Shown here: positions 57,796-64,000 of the stretch, in pieces
Layout: the number at the start of each line of letters is the position of its first letter
How positions within the stretch are numbered: the first letter of the stretch is position 1
Source: a virus
IMG/VR virus record: IMGVR_UViG_3300025141_000025
Coordinates: 1 to 64,000 of that record
Length of the DNA stretch: 64,000 bases
Direction: 5' to 3' (one strand)
Notes under the pieces: generated by a model
The model's database searches: none
What the model was told of the DNA's origin: nothing
Seen by the model: only the letters and a program-made list of their open reading frames with translations
Position numbers and translations under genes: made by a program

Positions 57796-58970
57796 TTATC
57801 TACATGTTCCATAACTATTTGTTGAAATTTTTCCTGTAAAGCCTCATGACTATGAGACTTTTTCAAACGTTCAGATAATTCAGCAGCTGCAGTCAATAGT
57901 TTTTGATTCTCATTTACCGCTAGCTTGAGTTTTCTACAAAAATTTCCTTCCCTGGCTTGAGCCCAACTAGAGCCTGTAACAAATATTGTTCCGTCTATTC
58001 TACTGCCTGGAATTGGCATCATGTCACACGCAACCGAAGAAAAACTTTTGCCACTTAGAAATTCAGTGTGCGCTGACCAGTCTGTGGCCACTATTGGAAT
58101 TCCGGCTACAGCAGCTTCAAGTAGTGGCAGGCCAAACCCCTCACCTCGTGTTGCAGTCGCAAATACACATAATTTTGGACTTTTGTAAAGATTATTCATC
58201 TCCTCTCGCGTCATAGCACCGTGGAGCAGGTAAACTTTCGGTGACTTTGCCGGATCCTGTTTAGACATATTTTTTACTTGTCGAAGCATTTTTCTAACCA
58301 GTTCACGATCAATCGTGGTATCACGTCCTTTAGACGTTTTTACAACCAATCCAACATCAGGATTTCCTTTAAACGCCTTCATAAACCACAAAATACTACT
58401 AAGGAGATTTTTCCTATCACTTTCTGGGTTTTCACTTGTCAAGGTCCCCACCATTAAAACATTTTTAGTCGTTACAACATCCTGTAAAGGATCGGCCGAC
58501 GGTTCGTCTAACAATTGGGGAAAATATGCTTCAGGTAAAACAACTATTGGTGTTTTTTCAGTACCGTTGCCTGATCTTTCTAATGTATTTTTTGTAAATT
58601 TACTTGGGACAATTATTAGGTTCATTTTTTCACGATGAACTGTTGCCCAATCAGATGAGCACCTTGTTGTTTCTACGCCGGCTGTAACACCAATATTAAA
58701 CTTTGCCAGCGATGTATTCCACTCGTGGGGTAATTGCACTTGAAAAGATATGTCATATTGCTGTTTTGGTGTTGTAACCTTTTGCAGGATTTTATCATAC
58801 AGGCCATTTTCATAATTAGAACCTAAAATCCACGGTGTAATTCCCCAAGGCAGTGCCTCAACATCTACTTGCCAATCCGGTTGATTCATACAAAATTCAA
58901 ATATTTGCCTAGCATGAACACCGTATCCTGACTGTGTCAACAACGGGCCCCTTACCAACACTCTTTTCAT
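57792..58970 (-). CDS. Glycosyltransferase, GT-B fold family 4
   Basis: SGYG N-terminal motif, DRKN, GEGFGLPLLEAAVAGIPIVAT (E-x7-E). Confidence 0.92.
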   Translation of the reverse strand: MKRVLVRGPLLTQSGYGVHARQIFEFCMNQPDWQVDVEALPWGITPWILGSNYENGLYDKILQKVTTPKQQYDISFQVQLPHEWNTSLAKFNIGVTAGVETTRCSSDWATVHREKMNLIIVPSKFTKNTLERSGNGTEKTPIVVLPEAYFPQLLDEPSADPLQDVVTTKNVLMVGTLTSENPESDRKNLLSSILWFMKAFKGNPDVGLVVKTSKGRDTTIDRELVRKMLRQVKNMSKQDPAKSPKVYLLHGAMTREEMNNLYKSPKLCVFATATRGEGFGLPLLEAAVAGIPIVATDWSAHTEFLSGKSFSSVACDMMPIPGSRIDGTIFVTGSSWAQAREGNFCRKLKLAVNENQKLLTAAAELSERLKKSHSHEALQEKFQQIVMEHVDK

Positions 58971-60247
58971 TAAATTTCCTCCAGGATAAACTTTTTATCC
59001 AGCGTATAATTTTCACACAAATCCCACAAAGACTCATGCCATTTATCAATGGTACTTTGAAGGGAAAATTCTGATTGGACATATTGGCGGGCTTTCTCAC
59101 CTAGCTTTCTTCTTTCATCAGCACCCATTTTGTACATTTTATAAAGTGCGTCGGCAACTGTGTCGGTACAGACATAATCCTCATAAATGTATGGAACCAT
59201 TTGTGACCCTACCATTGACCTCATTTCAACAGGTAATGCAATTCCATTTTCCGAGCCATCTCGATGATCAACCACCTGCCTTGTTAGACCACCCGTCTTT
59301 AGGGCAATTATGGGATTGCCACATTGCATAGATTCTAATGTACCCAGGCCAAAACCTTCGGCGTAGGCAATGTTGATGCACGAATCAGTGATATTATGCA
59401 ACACATTCATTTGTTCAAATTCCACCCTTTGGTTTGAAAATACTGTGTTTTCTACAATATCAAATGCCTCGGCACAGATTAACAAATTAGGGCCTTCAGG
59501 ATCATTGGGGTCTGTATGTAAAAGCAAAGTTGCGTCATTTTTTCCCTCTGCCTTGATTTTTTTCATGAATTTTGACCACGCCTCCATAACATCGGCAGGT
59601 CGTTTCCGGCGGGCATTTCTATTTACCCACATTACCGTAAAATGATCTTCTCGTTCCTTACCTAAAATTTGAATTTTATGTGCTTTTCTTTCCTCTAGGC
59701 TAAGAGGAAAAAACATTTCGTTTGGAAGCGCATGGGGTACAAAGTTTGCTTTGCCAGGAATTATCTCGTTAACCAGTTCATACGTAAGATGACTGTGGCA
59801 GTTCATAAGATCGGTCGCTTCATATAGAACTTTATTAAATTCCGGTGCCGGCTTGTTATCCCAAACATGCCAATAGGCAATTGGGCAAACCTTGTTTATT
59901 TCATCATGCATTTCCCACACATAAATGAAAAAACGTGGATCAGTAAAAAGCAATAATACGTCAGGTTTTTCCGCTGCGATAGCCTGTAACAGCATGTCGC
60001 GATTGCCAAAGCCGTCAATAGGCTTAATAATGAAATCAGGATTAACAACGACTGTGTCGTAATTGTTGTGCTTTACAGCAGCGCCAAACTGTCTAACAGT
60101 CCAGCATCCTTTTTCCACCAAGCCGTTGATAAGAAATCGACTTTGACAGCCCACGCCTGACGTACTAAGGGCATGGTCGGCTAGCATTAGAATTTTTTTC
60201 TTTGATTTTGTGTGTTGTACTTGCATCATAGAAATACTATCGCTCAT
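58970..60247 (-). CDS. Glycosyltransferase, GT-B fold family 4
   Basis: TSGVG, NRNARRK, AEGFGLGTLESMQCGNPII (E-x7-E). Confidence 0.92.
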   Translation of the reverse strand: MSDSISMMQVQHTKSKKKILMLADHALSTSGVGCQSRFLINGLVEKGCWTVRQFGAAVKHNNYDTVVVNPDFIIKPIDGFGNRDMLLQAIAAEKPDVLLLFTDPRFFIYVWEMHDEINKVCPIAYWHVWDNKPAPEFNKVLYEATDLMNCHSHLTYELVNEIIPGKANFVPHALPNEMFFPLSLEERKAHKIQILGKEREDHFTVMWVNRNARRKRPADVMEAWSKFMKKIKAEGKNDATLLLHTDPNDPEGPNLLICAEAFDIVENTVFSNQRVEFEQMNVLHNITDSCINIAYAEGFGLGTLESMQCGNPIIALKTGGLTRQVVDHRDGSENGIALPVEMRSMVGSQMVPYIYEDYVCTDTVADALYKMYKMGADERRKLGEKARQYVQSEFSLQSTIDKWHESLWDLCENYTLDKKFILEEI

Positions 60248-60278
60248 TTAGCGACAGTAAAACTAACAATACAAATAA

Positions 60279-61145
60279 TCAGGTGCAATATTGCGTATTT
60301 GCAAACTCACAAAATTTACAAGACATTCTATTTTTAATGGAAAATCCCGAGTTCATTCCCTTTAGCATCCCGCTTACCATCTTATTCGCCTTTTCACGGG
60401 CTTGGGGTCCAGCGGAAACCTTGACAATAGAAACTGATTTTCCAGGTTTGCTATCTCTCTTCAGTAAAACAAAGGCAGTCTTAATTTGATGACTAGCCTT
60501 TCCTGATTCTTTCATCCAGTAATGCTTGTACAATACAAGCTGTGCCTGTACCAGGAAATCTCGCTGTTTATCGCGGTGCCATCCTCTTGGTCCTGCCGTC
60601 TTCCAATCAATGACAACATGACGACCATTTGGAAGCTCCAAAACACAGTCAATAAATCCCTTGAACTTACCTGTTTCCGTACCGTCGACATCTTCGTATA
60701 GATAATGCTCAGCAGACACAGGTTTCCATCCAGGGAACTCTTCTTCTAAGAATAAGGGTAACTGTTCTAAACTGTTTTTGGCCGACTCTAGCCACCCAGA
60801 AAGGGACACGTGTCGATACTTCCAGCCCTGTGATTCAGCTTTTTTAGTTTGTTTTTCCACAAACTCAGGTGTATCGAATCCTTTCTTTTTCCACGCGGCA
60901 CGAATTTTATCGTGAACCAAATCAATGTCAATTGGCGTTCCGTTTAAAAAGGACTCAGCTGCATCATGGACAATTGTCCCATAGTCCAAATATGGACTGT
61001 CCTCAAATGTAGAAACTTTATCAATATAAGTTAATTTATGTTTCCATGGGCATGCTTGCCACATACTAACTTCAGAATATGAAACATGTGGCTTTCCATT
61101 TTTTAAATTTGGAAGATTTTTCGAATTTTTTTCACTGGTTTCCAT
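60279..61145 (-). CDS. PD-(D/E)XK (Cas4/RecB-like) nuclease with four-cysteine motif
   Basis: SYS...CPW, GTIVH, E, KGFID, IDWKT, QLVLY, and C-terminal CKFCEFANTQYC. Confidence 0.88.
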   Translation of the reverse strand: METSEKNSKNLPNLKNGKPHVSYSEVSMWQACPWKHKLTYIDKVSTFEDSPYLDYGTIVHDAAESFLNGTPIDIDLVHDKIRAAWKKKGFDTPEFVEKQTKKAESQGWKYRHVSLSGWLESAKNSLEQLPLFLEEEFPGWKPVSAEHYLYEDVDGTETGKFKGFIDCVLELPNGRHVVIDWKTAGPRGWHRDKQRDFLVQAQLVLYKHYWMKESGKASHQIKTAFVLLKRDSKPGKSVSIVKVSAGPQAREKANKMVSGMLKGMNSGFSIKNRMSCKFCEFANTQYCT

Positions 61146-62047
61146 TGTAATATTGTACCATTATTACAGGAAATTTGCACATTTTTTACAAATTTATTTA
61201 CATAATTTTCCAAATTTTTTGTTACTTTCCAATGCGTGTGTTCAGCTAGCAATGAGTTATCTGCCAAGGTGTTTCTTGCTTCGCCCGGGCGTGCAGGAAT
61301 ATACTTCTTTTCCCCTCCAAACATCACCGCTAATTCATTTATTGAATAATTGATACCTGTTCCAATATTAAAAATCCATGTTGTCTCATTTTCGCTCCAA
61401 TCTTTTTCCCCTAGTGCAGCAAAACCTAAAACTATGTCATCTACATGCGTAAAATCGCGGCGTTGTTCACCGTCACCGGTGATAGTCAGTGGTTCACCGG
61501 TTTCATATTGTCTTTCAAACACACCAACAACTGTTGCGTATGCCCCTGTTGTTGGTTGTCTATCACCATAAACATTAAAAAACCTGGCAACAACTGTGCT
61601 CATGCCATAAACCTCATGATATAATTGACACACCTGTTCACCGGTATATTTTGCAAAAGCGTACGGATTTAAAAAATGACCACCATATGCCGATGATGAA
61701 CCAGCGTATACTAGCCTGGCGCCGGCTCTGCGCGTAAATTCACAGACTTCTGCTGTACCCATTACATCAATTGACAAGTATCTCAATGGGTCATCAAATG
61801 ATGGTTGAATTCTTGCAAGAGCAGCCAGATGATACACTACATCAAATTCTTCATTTGCATATTTGACATGACTTAAATTTCTCACATCATCAATCCAGTA
61901 CCTAACGTCTTCTCTCATGTATTTTTTAGAAGATGACTCAGAACACAAGTTGTCAATCACGGTTATTTCGTACTTTTTTGTACCTGCCAAATAGTCGACA
62001 AGATTACTACCAACAAAGCCTAGGCCACCTGTTACCAATATTTTCAT
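61103..62047 (-). CDS. NAD-dependent nucleotide-sugar epimerase/dehydratase (extended SDR)
   Basis: TGGLGFVG, HLAA, SSSAYG, YAFAK (YxxxK), RFFNVYG, GDGEQRRDFTHVDD. Confidence 0.93.
   Translation of the reverse strand: MKILVTGGLGFVGSNLVDYLAGTKKYEITVIDNLCSESSSKKYMREDVRYWIDDVRNLSHVKYANEEFDVVYHLAALARIQPSFDDPLRYLSIDVMGTAEVCEFTRRAGARLVYAGSSSAYGGHFLNPYAFAKYTGEQVCQLYHEVYGMSTVVARFFNVYGDRQPTTGAYATVVGVFERQYETGEPLTITGDGEQRRDFTHVDDIVLGFAALGEKDWSENETTWIFNIGTGINYSINELAVMFGGEKKYIPARPGEARNTLADNSLLAEHTHWKVTKNLENYVNKFVKNVQISCNNGTILQWKPVKKIRKIFQI
61152..61180 (-). promoter_or_regulatory. Extended -10 sigma70-type promoter (TGgTACAAT) 6 nt upstream of the nuclease ATG
   Basis: Minus strand GTGCAA-17 nt-TACAAT-attaca-ATG. 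Confidence 0.55.
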
Positions 62048-62048
62048 T

Positions 62049-62999
62049 TTATTCCTCTGAAATTGCTCTGCCTTTTAATTTTTCCCAATCCCTTTGAGGC
62101 CTTACTTCTAAATTCTTTTGCCAAGCACCGGTCATGACCTTTGGATCTACCCCCAGGACCCTTGCCTGATACATCAGAGCGTTTATATCCTTCACGAAAC
62201 AAGAACCACCAAACCCTAATGCGGGATCACCCGTGTCATCGGCAGGCATCGGTCCTGGAACTCGCCAGTGAGAACCACCCAACCTTTTGTCGAATGTTGC
62301 ATATTCAATCACCTTATCATAATCAATATTGCCGCCGTTTTGGTCGAGCGCATTACAAATTTGATAAAATTCATTAGCAAGAGCAACTTTCGTTGCCAAA
62401 TGAACGTTTGTAACATATTTTACCATTTCAGCTGTTGTAGATGATGTTTTAATAATTGGAACATCAGGAAAGGCTCGTTGAAAAATATTTCTCACTTTAT
62501 TTATTTGTGGACGGGGGCCGCCCAGAATAATCCTGTCTTGATTTCTCATATCATTTAAAGCATTTGCCTCTGTCAAAAACTCAGGATTAAAAACAACTGT
62601 AAGGTTGTCAAGATCATGATTCCACTGTTGCGTGCTTCCCGGTGGCACTGTTGATTTTACTACCGCTATTCTGTGTTCTTTTGCAGGAATATCACTAAGT
62701 TCCTTCAACACACTATCGACTATTGAAAGATCTGCTTCGCCCGACGTTTTCATTGGTGTAGGTAAGCAAATAAAATAAATTCCAGAAAATTTTTCTGTAT
62801 TTTCACATGCCGACACAAATTGTGCCAAATTTTCTGGTTTTCCCATTACTTTCCATGCGCCTGGAACTTCAGCCCCTTCCGATAGTTTTCCGGCCTTGTC
62901 ATATGCAAAGACTCGGAGACCTCGTTCATTCATGACTGTTGATAGGGAGCCACCTACAAATCCCTGCCCTATTACCGCTATACTTTTGCGCCCTGACAT
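62049..62999 (-). CDS. UDP-glucose/GDP-mannose dehydrogenase family protein (short form)
   Basis: GQGFVG, ICLPTP, KSTVPPG, FNPEFL, AEMVKY, catalytic GFGGSCFVKD. Confidence 0.92.
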   Translation of the reverse strand: MSGRKSIAVIGQGFVGGSLSTVMNERGLRVFAYDKAGKLSEGAEVPGAWKVMGKPENLAQFVSACENTEKFSGIYFICLPTPMKTSGEADLSIVDSVLKELSDIPAKEHRIAVVKSTVPPGSTQQWNHDLDNLTVVFNPEFLTEANALNDMRNQDRIILGGPRPQINKVRNIFQRAFPDVPIIKTSSTTAEMVKYVTNVHLATKVALANEFYQICNALDQNGGNIDYDKVIEYATFDKRLGGSHWRVPGPMPADDTGDPALGFGGSCFVKDINALMYQARVLGVDPKVMTGAWQKNLEVRPQRDWEKLKGRAISEE

Positions 63000-63001
63000 C
63001 T

Positions 63002-64000
63002 TTACTCCTTGTTACGTTGCGCTAATACATTATACTCAGGAAAGAACAAATAATCGATTTCTGTACCTAAAAAACAGTTCACGGCATGCTCAACATTTTC
63101 GCAAATTGGTTCTCTGTCATTAAAACTCGTGTTCAAAATAATTGGCACACCTGTTTTTTCTTTCCAAGCTTGAAGAAAATTATAATACCACAAATTATCT
63201 TCTTGTCTCACTGTCTGCAACCTCGCGGTTCCGTCAAAGTGAACCACAGCCGGCACCAAAGAAGCCTTTTCTTTTTTAAACTTTAAGACAAACTGCATAT
63301 AAGGACTTTCCTGATATGTCGTAAACCACTCTTCCACGTGTTCGTTCAAGATAGAAGGTGCAAATGGTCTAAACCATTGCCGATGCTTTACTTTTTCATT
63401 AATAATATCCTTCATTTTAGGATTTCTTGGATCGGCAAGAATACTTCTATTTCCTAGAGCACGACGACCAGATTCAGATTTTTCATTAAAGACAGAAACT
63501 ATATTTCCGTCCGACAGGAGATCTACAATTTTATCTAAAGTACACTCTTCTAATTTTAGATTATTTTTATTAATTACTTCATCAAAGTGAGCTTTGTCCC
63601 AATTTTCGCCTAGGTACGGGGTAAAATTATGTTTCCATTCTATACGAGGGTTTCCCAAAACTTCATGCCAAACTATCTGTGCGGCGCCAATGGGTAATCC
63701 GCCGTCGTAAGGAACCGGAGGTATGTATACCTGGTCTATTCTTTCTCCAAATACTTCCTTGACTTTTCCCATTGCAACTGAATTTAATACGACACCGCCT
63801 GACATACAAATATTTTTTATGTTTGGGTTTGTACGTAATGCAAAATCTATAATTGCAAAAATTACAGCCTCAGTTGCCTTTTGTAAGCCGGCAGCGAGGT
63901 CAAACTTGTCTTGTTCACTTTTTCTAGCGATTGCTGCCCATGGCTCTAAATAGGGATGTTTTGGATCTTTATCTGATGTTGCTCCGGGCGGTTGACCTGG
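63002..64000 (-). CDS. NodU/CmcH-family O-carbamoyltransferase (3' part; starts beyond the right edge)
   Basis: The frame stays open from 63805 to 64000 (...DLAAGLQKATE...NICMSGGVVLNS). Motifs DGGLPIGAA, ESGRRALGNRSILADPR, VKHRQWFRPFAPS, VHFDGTARLQTV, LNTSFN. Confidence 0.93.
   Translation of the reverse strand, partial: PGQPPGATSDKDPKHPYLEPWAAIARKSEQDKFDLAAGLQKATEAVIFAIIDFALRTNPNIKNICMSGGVVLNSVAMGKVKEVFGERIDQVYIPPVPYDGGLPIGAAQIVWHEVLGNPRIEWKHNFTPYLGENWDKAHFDEVINKNNLKLEECTLDKIVDLLSDGNIVSVFNEKSESGRRALGNRSILADPRNPKMKDIINEKVKHRQWFRPFAPSILNEHVEEWFTTYQESPYMQFVLKFKKEKASLVPAVVHFDGTARLQTVRQEDNLWYYNFLQAWKEKTGVPIILNTSFNDREPICENVEHAVNCFLGTEIDYLFFPEYNVLAQRNKE

Larger units (their letters stand above)
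1..64000 (-). other. Fragment of a large T4-like (myovirus, contractile-tail) bacteriophage genome: virion morphogenesis region plus flanking replication/recombination and sugar-modification genes
   Basis: Recognisable gp23 capsid, gp20 portal, gp21 protease, gp17 terminase, gp13/14/15, gp18 sheath, gp6/gp25 and gp55-like sigma. All real ORFs are co-oriented with tiny gaps or overlaps. No bacterial housekeeping genes. Confidence 0.96.

Noticed and set aside
60279-61145. CRISPR-Cas locus suggested by the Cas4-like gene
   Set aside because: No repeat-spacer array or other cas genes seen in the window.
11-63953. Numerous plus-strand ORFs and nested alternative-frame minus-strand ORFs in the track (e.g. 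11499..12029 poly-Ser, 55429..55956, 9128..9682)
   Set aside because: They lie almost entirely within convincing minus-strand genes and are shadows of codon bias or acidic tracts (antisense of Glu/Asp codons gives Ser runs). I saw no recognisable motifs in them.
1-64000. Stop-codon reassignment, as seen in some large phages
   Set aside because: Genes are full length in the standard code, and TAA, TAG and TGA all terminate well-defined genes with tight packing.
1-64000. tRNA or other structured RNA genes
   Set aside because: Intergenic gaps are at most about 140 nt and are accounted for by promoter, SD or terminator elements. No cloverleaf or T-loop signatures were noticed.

Overview
The window is a 64-kb slice of a large T4-like myovirus (jumbo/mega-phage) genome. 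About 50 genes lie densely packed, all on the minus strand, in the standard genetic code. In transcription order (right to left) the modules are: (1) a sugar-modification cluster (NodU/CmcH carbamoyltransferase, UDP-sugar dehydrogenase, NAD-dependent epimerase, a Cas4-like nuclease, two GT4 glycosyltransferases); (2) a gp55-like late sigma factor; (3) a baseplate/adsorption module (gp5-like spike, gp25, gp6, LamG-, DNRLRE- and beta-helix proteins, several large orphans); (4) RuvC, primase and a fused SbcD-SbcC nuclease; (5) a head module (TerL, portal, prohead protease, scaffold, gp23 major capsid protein); (6) a three-gene unit containing a PAS-domain protein; (7) neck proteins gp13/14/15 and two tandem tail-sheath paralogs. 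The most notable signals are a (S/T)-G-(S/T) tripeptide strongly enriched in virion-surface proteins next to a phage-encoded glycosylation cluster (candidate virion glycosylation system with its own sequon), a PAS sensor coupled to a holin-like membrane protein inside the late region, a recurring ATA(T/C/G)TTA candidate late promoter, and sigma70-type promoters placed for leaderless mRNAs. All calls come from motif recognition and synteny by eye; no database searches were run.
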